From Eledone cirrhosa (taxonomy: Eukaryota), in assembly GCA_964016885.1 (NCBI GenBank), contig OZ024743.1, forward strand, positions 14,818,001-14,882,000: a stretch of 64,000 nucleotides of DNA, given 5' to 3'. A model generated the notes under the pieces. That model worked only from the letters and a program-made list of their open reading frames with translations. It searched no databases and was not told the origin of the DNA. Both the position numbers and the translations under genes were made by a program. Below, piece by piece: positions 13,941 through 26,844 of the stretch (its first letter is position 1; the number at the start of each line of letters is the position of its first letter).

Positions 13941-14182
13941 AAGAAAGTGTGGTCTGGAACCAGGTGGAGCATAACGTAACAGTGTACTCGATAATTACAG
14001 TAGTAGAGTGGTTAATACTACTGGGCTAGTTCGCATCTAGTTGTTGAAACGACCGGATCTCAGACATCGGGGTCCTGATATTTTCCTATATATATATGTA
14101 TATATATATATATACATATATATGGCTGCTGCCAAAAGCTTCGTTGGTGCTGTACTAAAATGTATATATATATATATATATA

Positions 14183-14305
14183 TTTGCATTGTTTTTCGAA
14201 ATATGTACTTCTGCGTTCACAGATTGATTCCTTTAGTTTCAGAAGATCCCGTTAAGGGTGAAAGCACCGATTCTTTGCTTAAACTTTAATCTGTTATTTT
14301 AATAT
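14183..14305 (+). mobile_element. Solo pLTR fragment of the 26.8-28.6 kb PLE family, with CAGAAGA-type HHR at 14235-14285
   Basis: Matches 28527-28645; embedded in (TA)n. Confidence 0.8.
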
Positions 14306-14534
14306 ATATATATATATATATATATAAATATATATATATATATGCATATACATATATATAGCGTAACCCAAAAGTCACGAGACCATTTTAAAACAATAGA
14401 TAACATGAATTGAAATCTTACTATTAAAATGATATCTGTATTTTTCTCATACTCCCTTTACATATATTGACATAGATACATATGCGTGTGTATAAATAAT
14501 TATGTATGCATACACACACACACACACGCACACG

Positions 14535-14589
<55 letters not shown>

Positions 14590-14891
14590 CCACACATTCT
14601 GAGTTCATAATTCTTTGAATTCCAGTTTGTTATTTATTATCGCGTTTTTTAACAAGAGTAATTTGGGTCGTAAAATAACATGTAGAAACAAAGACATGAA
14701 TAGTCGACTGACAAATATGCAGAAAATAGTGCGTGGGGCCTTAGTTAAAGGTGAATAAAATATAGAAAAGAGAGAGATAAAATAAAATAATACAGAAATG
14801 AATAACATGCAGACACTAAGGCGTAGAATACGTAAGAATGTGGAATAGAGAAGATAGACCGGTTGGTATGATGTATATTATATAATAGTTT

Positions 14892-14938
<47 letters not shown>

Positions 14939-15995
14939 ATTTATCGATTCATAGAATGTTAAAATTAATTGTTCCATGAAGTGAAACACTTTTTGCCCTC
15001 CATTAAATAAATCGATGACATATAATTGAGGCTTTACAGTTGCTGGTAATCATGCAGGTGGAGTAATTTCATTTGTAATATTGCCATCTATATAAAATCT
15101 AGAACTGCATTTAAACTACGGTAAACAAAACAACCGAGACAGCATTGAAATGATTTTCTTTTATCTTGGTAATTTCCATACGTTTGGTTTCTTCTATTAC
15201 CTTATACCGCAACTATAACATCACCACTCGGAAATGGGATGACATTCCAGTTATGTCGATACTGATATTGTTCGTCAGAGTAAATAATATATCACACACA
15301 ATATTTTTCTGTGATAAACGTTTTCAGATGCAATTCTTTCTGTAAGTATCACATTTAACCAATGAAAAACTCGTCAGATGTGGTTAAGAAAAAATGTTTC
15401 ATGACAGGAGATGATACTCAGCCCTGATTATACTTTGATGGATTAGTAGTATCTACTCGATAAACTAATAAAATGTTGCTTAATTAATCATAAGCCACTT
15501 CAGTCTATATCTATAATTTTCAAATTTCGTACAGATGTTTGACTACAGAAACTGGGAGGTGGAAAAATTTTACCAATAGATATGATTTATTCAAATATTC
15601 CTTCATTTGCAATCCATATTAGAAATTATTTGCTGTAAATAATGTACGGCTATTGAAGTATCAATGTACATGAGCGAAATGTTTAAAATTTAATGTTTAA
15701 TTCAAGTCTGGAACATTATCGTGTTTTCTAAATATATCTATATAGTTATAAACTTATGTAATTTTGAAAATGTTTTCGAACGATGGGCTTTGTCACTCAA
15801 TGTTATTTATTTATATTCTCTTTTTTTTGCAATCTCAAATGTTTCAACAATTTGAAAGGAGAATGTATCCAAAACATATACATAAATTAGTTCCACATCA
15901 CCCCGCCCCACTCCAGCCCTACATAATTTAACGTATATAAATATGTATGGATACACGTAAATATGTATGTGTAGCTATGTATCTATATCTCTATT

Positions 15996-16101
<106 letters not shown>

Positions 16102-16746
16102 GGCTGTATGTGTGTGGTGTTTTGTAGGCATTTCCACATATGTGTCTATACATTTCATATTATCGAAGGACAAAAAACTGATAGAAGATAGGAGGAAAGA
16201 TACAGACGCGTGCGGGCACACACAGAAATAATTACACAATCATATATATTTTGTTTCTACATTCAACAAAATATGTTGAGTGATATTTGCTTGCAACTAC
16301 AAAACAAAAATAAGTATTTAGATGTCGTTTGATTAAACAGTTACGTGTAAATGAGTTACCGTTATATGAAATCAAACAAGGGATCTTTAACCATACATGC
16401 ACATGGTGAATTTATTTGTTACAAATAAACAACACGATTGCATACATAACATACACACGGATATTCTTATATGTATATATACCAATAGCTATGGAAATGG
16501 TATGAATGTCCGGAGCTTATAAAGCTATAAATTAGATCCCTCCTTATTACATTGTTACTCCAAATTTAGAAGGGACAAGCAGTAGTTTAACGAAGTTCTG
16601 AATGGAATCCTAAATATATTTAATGGTCGAATCAGCCAAGTGTCGTGTGTGTATGTGCATGTGTTTGAGTGAGCAAAGACAAAGATAAAGGGTAGTCATA
16701 GGACAGTGGGGGGAATTGAGTCCATTCATAAAAGCATATGTCTATC

Positions 16747-16813
<67 letters not shown>

Positions 16814-17304
16814 AGGAAGTACATCATAATCGAAGCTCTGGCTGCAGCTAAGCTAACGAATGCAATCGGAATGTGCAGCTAAGCACTCAATAAGGTATTT
16901 TACCTTAGAGTTATAACATTACGTTTAGACAGCTTTGCAAATTGAAGACAGCGACCGATAAGCCAGCCGCAGTGACCAAAGCAACGGAAAAACTGACTCA
17001 GGAAAATATGACAAACATGGACCATCGCATCGATATTATACAATATCTCCGCTAGGTTTCTGTAAATCCGAAATCAACAAACTCTACTTACAGGGCCCTG
17101 CAAGTTATTGGTTTTGGAAGATAGAACAGTGGATTTACTTCTACAACAAGTTTTCGTTCACAGGTTGTGAATCTTTCAGTAAACACCGCTAGTAGTCACG
17201 TGGTTTTCCCGAAGGGGGTGGGGGATAACCCCCGGTTTTGGCGGTCAACATTCAAAATTTGAACAAAGGAATAAATTGCTTTCCACTAAACGAATAAAGC
17301 TCTC

Positions 17305-17773
17305 AACAAACATAAACAATTAACCAATCAACACACTAGTAAAGATAGAATACATTAACCAATACACAGTCACCCAATCACGAACACACTTCAAACAAAA
17401 CACTATACACACACGCAAACGCATGCGCAAAGAAGACAAAATAAAATAAACAAATAAATAAATATATAAACAGACTAAATAAAGATGGCGTAGAAAATAC
17501 AATGCAACAGGAGGAAACAATAGCACCACTGATGTCGTTGCAGATGTGCAACGAAAGAACTTTGATAAACTATATATATGTGTTTGTGTCTATATTGTAT
17601 CTGTATTAGTTTTGACCTTTGGTCAGTCAATGGCAACATTGAGGACCGAATAAATTAGATTACCGATATAAAAGACACAGAAGCGAAAAGCGAAAACCAA
17701 CCAAACAGTGAGTGTGTTCTGTTATTATTTCTGGCAATATTACACAAATATGACCCTCCCCAAGTATAACAAT
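17305..17773 (+). mobile_element. PLE 3' end / pLTR, same family as 30877-31645
   Basis: Reverse complement of ~30877-31335; degenerate HHR CTGATGT-c-gttgca..tgcaac-GAAA at 17529-17568. Confidence 0.8.
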
Positions 17774-17789
17774 ATATATATATGTATAT

Positions 17790-19200
17790 ATATATAAGAT
17801 CAAAAGATGGTTAAAAGAGTTCCATGTATTTTGTTATGCGCATTTCAAAAACAACTATCATCATGCGATGACATTTGCGTTTTCGTCAGTAAAAAAATAG
17901 GGAGACATGATATGAAGGTTAAGAAACACTTGAGAATAGTGCAGTTTTAAATCAACATATGAAAAGTAGTTTTAGATTGATGTGTGAAATAGGGAAAAAA
18001 ATTGAGGGGGGCGTTTGGAAAGGATGAAAAAGAGGAGGAGATGAGAGTAAATGATGGAGAGGGAGGAGTATAATAAGGAAGGATGAGATAGGAGTAGAGA
18101 GGGGTGATATAGAGAGAGATAGCTTTTATAACTGAGAAAAATATATTGTTTTACAGAGAGAGGTTAAAAAACCGTTGGAAGATAATATATAAATTAAAAG
18201 AATTTGAAAATTAACAAAGAGAAAAATTTAAGAATAATGTTAAATTAAGGTTTGTATATTGAAAGGTTTAATAATATGTGCGATGAAAAGAAATTGTTAA
18301 TATGTATTTAGAATAATATTAAGTTAAGGTTTGAATATTGAAGGGTTTAATAATATGTGCGATGGAAAGAAATTGTTGATATGTATTATTAAAAAAATAT
18401 AAAAATAGTAATGTAATAAGGATATATTGTGAAAAGAAGTAGAATAGTGGATGAATATGTGTAATATGTAGAAGTTAGATGAGCATGAAAGGGAGAAAAA
18501 AATAATTTAATTGAGGATTAATAATTTAATGTCAAAAAAAAATATTTATGTTTACGAAGGAATTTTCAAGGTGATACTATAAAGTATTTAAAAGGGTAAT
18601 AGTAAATGTTATGGCCAGTGATAGGATGGAAGAAGGAAGAGTAGATATATTGTGGTGAGTAGTAATGAGAATTGAGAAGTATCTAGGAACAAAAGGTACA
18701 GATTAGAGGTTAGAATTTAAAAGAAAAAAGGAAACAAAGGAAGAAGGGGAAATGATAAATAGGAGTGATATAGAATGAGTAACTAGTATTATATAATGTA
18801 TAATAAATAACATTGAAATAAGGTAGAAAGATGGGTATGTTTTTAAAGAAATATATATGTATATATATATGTGCCTTTGAGAAAAAGGATTTTAAATTGG
18901 TAGAATATTAGATATTAGCTGTATACTTTATGGCATGTCCTGTGGAATGTATGCAAGCAGAGAGAAAACAAGTCAGTGCGCCTATTTATTATAGAATCTA
19001 AATTAGATATAATGGTAAATTTCTCACATAAACAGAGATTACATGTCTTGGGTAGAGAGGCATTCAAGTATGAAGCAGCAGAACATTTATATATATATAC
19101 ATATATACCCATACGATGTTGATGTAGGCGAGAATGAATATTTAATGCTAATGTGTGGTTTAATAATATTCTATAGTATGGGAAATTGATGAGATATGTC
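17790..19200 (-). mobile_element. Old PLE 3' fragment: endonuclease C-terminus, pyrimidine-rich 3' UTR and HHR
   Basis: KTCNLCLCEKFTII...INRRTDLFSLCLH at 18950-19080 matches the PLE endonuclease tail of the 26.8 and 57 kb elements; HHR at the end. Confidence 0.7.
17827..17899 (-). ncRNA. Type I hammerhead with extended stem II
   Basis: Minus strand reads tattttttta-CTGACGA-aaac...gtttt-t-GAAA-tgcgca-TA-acaaaata; stem III is palindromic. Confidence 0.7.
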
Positions 19201-19663
19201 TGATGATTCTTTGAGTACACATGAGAGACTCGTGAGAAATATATCTCGTAACTTAGTCATAATAAAGAATTAAATATATATAATTATAATACCACCATCT
19301 GACAAACCAAACGGTTAAATTATTCTGCTTTCTTTAATAAAAATCTAATTGAAAACAGATATTACTCATTTCTCTTATTGCAAAGATATATCCCGCTGAC
19401 ATCAGGATTTAGCCTATATATTTTATAAACATCCAATATACTTTATCATGACTTAGTTATGAGTCTTGTACACAGGAGTATGACTTGTAAACTCACAGGT
19501 CAATGAGATGAAATGATCACTTTCCCAGAATATAGAATATCATTAATCGCTCAATTGGTATTGAGAACTCGCATATATTGTAATTAGCAAATGTTGAATA
19601 TTATAATAGACACAAACATATTTTAAAGCCAATGGATCCCATTCTCCCTTCTCGCCGTGAAAT

Positions 19664-19757
<94 letters not shown>

Positions 19758-20474
19758 ATATATATATATATGAAAAGTGTAATTTTCTACACAAAACGAA
19801 GGTTATAGAGAAAATTGAGGTTGGTAATGGCACATGGAATATATAAGAGACAGAATACTTTTTTGTGAAAAACATAATTTTATAAGGTAAGGAAATAATA
19901 AGGGGTATAAAAAATGACCGGTTTCGATGGGTCTGCAAAAGCCATATTTTCAAATGTTGATTAATATTAAGAAAAATTAATAATACGAAGAGTTAAAATT
20001 TGAGATTTGAAAATTCAAGTATAAAATTCATTGTGGGATTTCATAGCAGTTTTCATCTTGGTAGCAACAACAGGTTGACTGCTGTGTCCCTTTCTGGTAG
20101 TCAATGAGAAGTTATTTGAGGTGTGGGTTATTTTATAAAGGTCAGATTTAGCAATCGCCAACTGGCCAGCTGCTGGTCAGTGAGGGGGTGGAAGCAATAT
20201 ACATACACATATCTTCCTGTGGTGGGTAGGAGAGTGGAGCGTGATAGAAAGGGATTTAGTGCACTTACACCTATATATACACACATACCTTCATCCACAC
20301 ATACATACATATACATATACATATAGATATATATATATATACATATACACACATACATACACACACACATACATATACATACACACATACACACACACAC
20401 ATATATACACATACACACACATATATATATATATATACACACAGACACACACATAGATATACATACACATACAT

Positions 20475-20524
<50 letters not shown>

Positions 20525-21108
20525 CCACACATACATACACACACACACCCACACATACATACACACATAAAAACATACACACACACACACACATATATAT
20601 ACACATACACACACATATATATACACACACATATATATATATATATATACACATACGCATACATCCAGATACACACATACATACACACACACACACACAC
20701 GCACACACAATACATACATCCACATGCACACACATACACACACACACATATACACATACATACACCCACACACAGAGAAATGGCCTCCAAATATATATAT
20801 ATATATATACATACAGACACATATATTTTTTCCATAATATAAGAAGTTGGGACAGTGAAATTAAAATACAAGTCATTCTGATCACATTGAGTTCTTCATG
20901 TAGATTAGGCCCCGCAACCGACAGTGGTGAATTCTGTGTGCGCATATATATATAGATATATGTGTGTGCACGTGCAGGGTTTAACATGGATGTGTTGGTC
21001 ACACAAAGGCATGGTCTGTCAACGAATAAACCTGATTCTACAGAATTGGTCTCTGGTCTTTAATAGTAGTGATTCCGTGCGTATGTGTGTTTATATGTTA
21101 TGACAATT

Positions 21109-23990
21109 CTATTGGGGTGATAACCTGTTTAGTTTTGGTTTAAATTTGTTAAGGAATAGATTTTCTTTGTTTATTCTTTGTTGCTGTGTGAACGAATCTG
21201 AGCACTTGTAGAAGGGGAAGATTTTAAAGTTGGGTAGTGTCATTCCTGCGCAGTTCGCAATATGGCTGCTCAAGGGTATTTTTCTTGTGTTAGCGTCCCG
21301 GATTTGTTGGCGGTGGATGGTCATTCTTTTGCGTAATGAGCAGCCCGTCTGTCCTATGTAGTTGTGTTTGCACCCACCGCAAGTTATTGCGTAAATCAAG
21401 TTCTCCGAGTTGCAGGTGAAATTGTTTTTTACTGTAAATGTTTGGCCATCTTTGAATGTAAATGTTTGCCCTTCAGTGAGGTAGAGGCACGTTCCACAGT
21501 TTGTTCTACCACATTTGGTAACTGTAAGGTTGATGATTGGTTTGGGTATATTTGGTCCAGTGAGAATGCGTTTAAGTGATTTGGGTTGTCTTTTACTTTT
21601 AAGGATCTTGTGTGTTTCAAGAATAGACTTCATTTTTACATCTTTAAGTAGGATGGGGAGGTTTTTGTGTAGGTGATCAAACATTTCGGTATTTCTGGGG
21701 TTGAAAGTGGATACATATGGCAGGGTTGAGTGTGGTTTTCTGTTTTGGATTGTTAAGTTGATGGGGATTTAGGGGTTTTGCCCTGTCTATTCCATTGTTG
21801 ATTATTTCAAGTGGAAACGTTCTTAAGATAAGGGTGTCTTTTAGTTCCCTTAGTCTTTGCTCCCGTTTAGGTGGATCTGATACTATGGTACATATACGTT
21901 TGGCCAAATTGTAAGGAATGTTAAGTTTTGTATGTTTTGGGTTACTTGATGTGAAAAAGAGGTATTGCTTGGAATCTGTGGGTTTATAGAATATATCTGT
22001 ATCTAATTTCCCGTCTATTACAGAGATGAGAATATCCAAGAAGGCTAATTCCTTAGGATTGGATTCCATTGTGAATTGTATGTTATTATCTATGTTGTTT
22101 ATCATGTTTTTAAATGTAGTAAGTGAGTTCATGTCTTCTTGCCATAGGATAAAGCAGTCGTCTAGATATCTTTTCCAATTGGCTTTGAGGTGTGTGTGGA
22201 AAGAGTCTCCAAATAAGAGAAGGGACTGACTGTATATTTGTTGTTCATGGAATCCCATGACTAGGTTGGCATATGTGGGTGCTACTTTCGTGCCCATTGC
22301 CGTACCTGATACTTGTCTGTATGTTGAACCATTGAATGTGAAGTAGTTATTTTGTAGGATAAAGCGGAGTCCGTCAGTGATAAAATCTGTGTTGATGCGT
22401 GTCGGTATTTCTGATGGGTGTGTGTTAAGCCAGTATTGGACTGCTGTTATTCCATAGTTGTGAGGTATGTTTGTGTGGAGGTTTATTACGTCAAAGGAGA
22501 CAAGAATTGTATTTTCACTTACTGTTTTAGGGAGGTGTTTCAGCATGTCAAGGTCATCTCGTATGTAGCTCTGTATATGTTGTAGAAAGGGTTTCAGTAG
22601 GATGTCCAGAAAGTTGCTAAGTCTGTGGGTTTCACATGTAGGGCCTGCTATAATTGGCCTGAGTTTTAGGTCTTCTGGTGGTGTTAGTTCAATGTAATTG
22701 TTGGTTGAGGTGTCACATTCATCGTTTATGGGTTTACATTTGTGGAGTTTCGGTATGCCGTAAAAAAAGCTTGTATTGTATTTGAAGTGGCTTATATAGT
22801 TAAACTCTTTTTGTGGTTAAGCTGTTGCGGTATTTATTCAGTAAGGTCAAAAGGTTCCCCATTGTTTTGGTGTGTTTGTAGTTTTCTGTTTTTTCATAGT
22901 ATGTGTTGTTTTCTAAAATGTTAAGTGCGAGGGTCCTATAGTAGTCCGTATTCATAATGACAACAGTACTGCCTTTATCGGCTTCTTTGATAGTTATCTC
23001 AGGGTTGTTTCTAAGTGTGAATAATTCTTCCCATTCGTGTGTAGATAGGTTTGATTTCGTGTGTTTATTTGTAATTTTTTCATAGGGAAAGTTTGTGATG
23101 TGTTCGCAGTACGTGTCCAGTGCTTTATTTCTTCCCTTTTGTGGGCAGAAATTGCTTTTATTTCTAACCAGTGATTCGTCTTCAGTGTTGGTGTCGTTGT
23201 GGAAGAATTCCGTTAGTCGCAGCTTTCGGCAGTATTCCATGATGTCATCCTTCATTTCGGGGAAGTTTGGTTTACGTGGTGTAGGTGTAAATTTCAGGCC
23301 CTTACTTAAAATGTTGATTTGTGTGTTGGTTAGAGGTGTCTTTGAGAGGTTGATTATTTTGGGTTTCTCCTGAGGGGGGGGGGGGGGGGGCATCGAGTAT
23401 CCTGGTATTTCAGGCTTTTCCCTAAAAAAGGAATGTAGTTTTGTGTGTGATTATATTTTGTTGGTCTGCTGCGTGTGGGTCTGTAGCTTGTTGTTTCATG
23501 AGGATGAGTGTGATGGTGGGGGTGGTATGTGTTGTGGTTGTTGATGAGCAAAGGTTCTGTTGTTGGTTCATGTGGTCTGGGTGCGTTATTTCTGTGGTAC
23601 AGAGTGTTGAGGTTGGGGGGTTGTCTTTTGTTGGATTGAGGGTGATGTCTGGTGTGGTTGTGGGTAAGTTCTGTTGTGATTTCAAGTGGTCTGGGTGGAT
23701 TTCTTCTGAGGAATGTGGTGTGTGTGTTGTGAGTTGGATCTATGTTATTTCGTCGTTGGTTTATGTAGGGGGCATTTCTACGGAAACCTGTGTTGTGGTG
23801 GTTGGGTGTGTTTCTTTTGGTGTAGTTGGCCGTATTTGGTTTGTGTTGGTGGAGGATGTGCCTGTGGTTAGTGTGTGTTGGGTTTGGTGGTGTAAATGTG
23901 TCTGTTGTAGTTCTTGTTATGTTCAAATGCTTTATAAAGGGGTTACCTGTTTGGTGCGTCCTTTTAAAGTCTTCTTCATATTTGAGGAAC
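21109..23990 (-). pseudogene. Near-complete PLE RT-GIY-YIG ORF with ~3 frameshifts
   Basis: Contiguous domains; frameshifts at the poly-G ~23380, at ~22800 and at ~21680-21730. Confidence 0.9.
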
Positions 23991-24345
23991 CAGTGATCAG
24001 AATGACTTGTATTTTAATTTCACTGTCCCAACTTCTTATATTATGGAAAAAATATATGTGTCTGTATGTATATATATATATTTGGAGGCGATTTCTCTGT
24101 GTGTGGGTGTATGTATGTGTATATGTGTGTGTGTGTATGTGTGTGCATGTGGATGTATGTATTGTGTGTGCGTGTGTGTGTGTGTGTGTGTATGTGTGTA
24201 TCTGGATGTATGCGTATGTGTATATATATATGCGTGTGTGTGTGTGTATATATATGTGTGTGTATGTGTATATATATGTGTGTGTGTGTATGTTTGTATG
24301 TGTGTATGTATATATATATGTGTGTGTGTGTGCATGTATGTGTGG

Positions 24346-24389
<44 letters not shown>

Positions 24390-24845
24390 ATGTGTATATA
24401 TGTGTGTGTGTGTATGTGTGTATGTATATGTATGTGTGTGTGTATGTATGTGTGTATATGTATATATATATATATATGTATATGTATATGTATATGTATT
24501 TATGTGTGGATGAAGGTATGTGTGTATATATAGGTGTAAGTGCACTAAATCCCTTTCTATCACCCTCTACTCTCCTACGCACCACAGGAAGATATGTGTA
24601 TGTATATTGCTTCCACCCCCTCACTGACCAGCAGCTGGCCAGTTGGCGATTGCTAAATCTGACCTTTATAAAATAACCCACACCCCAAATAACTTCTCAT
24701 TCACTACCAGAAAGGGACACAGCAGTCAACCTGTTGTTGCTACCTAGATGAAAACTGCTATGAAATCCCACAATGAATTTTATACTTGAATTTTCAAATC
24801 TCAAATTTTAACTCTTCGTATTATTAATTTTTCTTAATATTAATC

Positions 24846-24893
24846 AACATTTGAAAAGATGGCTTTTGCAGACCCATCGAAACCGGTCATTTT
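24846..24893 (+). ncRNA. Hammerhead variant with U3-A8 core (inverted twin at 19912-19958)
   Basis: aacat-TTGAAAA-gatgg...ccatc-GAAA-ccgg-TC-atttt. Confidence 0.75.
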
Positions 24894-25316
24894 TTATACC
24901 CTTTATTATTTCCTTACCTTATAAAATTATGTTTTTTCACAAAAAAGTATTCTGTCTCTTATATATTCCATGTGCCATTACCAACCTCAATTTTCTCTCT
25001 CTCTCTCTATATATATATATATGGATATATATATAAATGGAAAAAATGAAACGAAATTTCATTTCTCACTCTTATATATACATACATGCACACACATATA
25101 TATATATGTACGTATTGATTTACCGAACATTTATTATAATGTTCGGTTTGTTTGTAAACAAACATCCCGAATTAAGCTGTACACTGTTTAGCAACCATCG
25201 ATGCCCTTTTGTTAAATCGGTAAATCCATACGTACATATATATATATGTGTGCATGTATGTATATATATACACACTACTGCATGCCTGTATACATATATG
25301 TATTTACGTACACATA

Positions 25317-25388
<72 letters not shown>

Positions 25389-25389
<1 letters not shown>

Positions 25390-26689
25390 TAGCTGAATTA
25401 CTCAGCGCTTCCCGAGTTACTGCTGTTCTTATTCAGATTAGTAAACAAGAAATATGAAGATATGCTTTTTTGTTCTCATAAGTATTTCAAAATATCTATA
25501 ATTTGTAGAAAAATAAATACCAACATTGTAATGATAATATAATTTAGAAATGAACAGTTGTCAATCTTGAAGCATCTTAGGATAAACAATATTCATTGTG
25601 TAATTCTTTTGTTCGTCCAAATGAATAAATTGTTGTTCACACACATACACTCACAGACACATACACTCTCACACACTCACATACACTTACATACACTTAC
25701 AGACGCAGACACTCTCGCATACACTCACACACACTCACATACACTAACATACACACACTAAGGCAGACGCACACATACATACATCACGCACACCTGTCTG
25801 TCACCACATATGTATTCGTATGTGTAGATGTGTGTGTGTTTAATTGTCTGTGTGTGAATATAATGCGTATGCAACATACTAACGCTATATATAGGTGTGC
25901 GTTTTATTCTCTGAGGCCTAACGTTAAAATAAAGATTATCATACATACACTCACACCACATACACTCACAAACACATACACATTCACACACACACACATA
26001 CATTCACACACACATTCACTCACCCATACATACACTCACACATACACTCTCACATACACTCGCATACATATACTAACACAGACACAAGCAGACATACATT
26101 CAGGCACGCTTGTCTGTCATCACATATGTATCTCTATGGGTAGATGTGTGTTTAATTGTCTATATGTATGTGTAGATATGTGTGTATGTGTTTAATTATC
26201 TGAGGCTTAACGTTTGTAACGAAATCGCAAACACACACATACTCACAAACACATACACGCTCATATACAGTGTGACGTCATCGTGGCCGTCGTCGTCTTC
26301 ATAGTTTACTATCGACAGTCGATCGACTTTCGTCAAATCGGACCGAGGTAACAATGTTTCTGTCGGTCTTTCTAATTGCTAATACTAACTATCGGTCGCA
26401 ACTCCAGGTAGAAGGAACAGCGTAAAATAAAGTGTCTTGCTCAAAGACTTGACGCATCATCCGGTCCTGGAAGAGAACTCACAACCTCACGATTTTGAAT
26501 GCAATTCTCTAATCACTCAGCTAATAATAAAATACTATTTCAGATAAAAAAATTATATTTTTTAAATCCAAATGAAAATAGAAATTACATGTTGACACTC
26601 GACGGGTCTAACAATATTATCTTGTAAAATTTGATTGGATTTGGTCCAGCCGCTTGGGAATGATTAGGAACAGACAGACAGAGAGACAA

Positions 26690-26700
<11 letters not shown>
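25389..26700 (-). mobile_element. Non-autonomous Helitron-like element with internal duplication and nested SINE
   Basis: Minus-strand 3' end is 'ctcgggaagcgctgag...CTAG|T'; 5' side has a (TCTG)n repeat and 'ggaccaaatccaatcaaatttt'; the 5' TC is lost in (TA)n. Confidence 0.6.
26322..26523 (-). mobile_element. tRNA-derived SINE
   Basis: Minus strand has A-box 'agctgagtgattag', a degenerate B-box and 'ttgagcaagacacttta'; homologous to 34908-35038. Confidence 0.65.
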
Positions 26701-26753
<53 letters not shown>

Positions 26754-26767
26754 ACACACACACACAT

Positions 26768-26835
<68 letters not shown>

Positions 26836-26844
26836 GCACACATA

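Larger units (their letters stand above)
19807..24998 (-). mobile_element. Neptune-like Penelope element with ~1 kb inverted pLTRs
   Basis: Arms 19807-20884 and 23993-24998 are inverted copies. ORF pieces are 23354-23926, 22800-23393 (KGLKFTP, IKEADKG), 21677-22546 (GTAMGTKVAPTYANL, RYLDDC) and 21109-21684 (CGRTNCGTC, LIYAITC..C..YIGQT). Confidence 0.95.

Noticed and set aside
13997-14042. tRNA-like A/B-box hairpins
   Set aside because: No cloverleaf or acceptor stem; at most a SINE-head relic
15322-15348. Possible 14-nt microexon (ttttcag|...|gtaagt)
   Set aside because: No partner exons or protein similarity; expected by chance in AT-rich DNA
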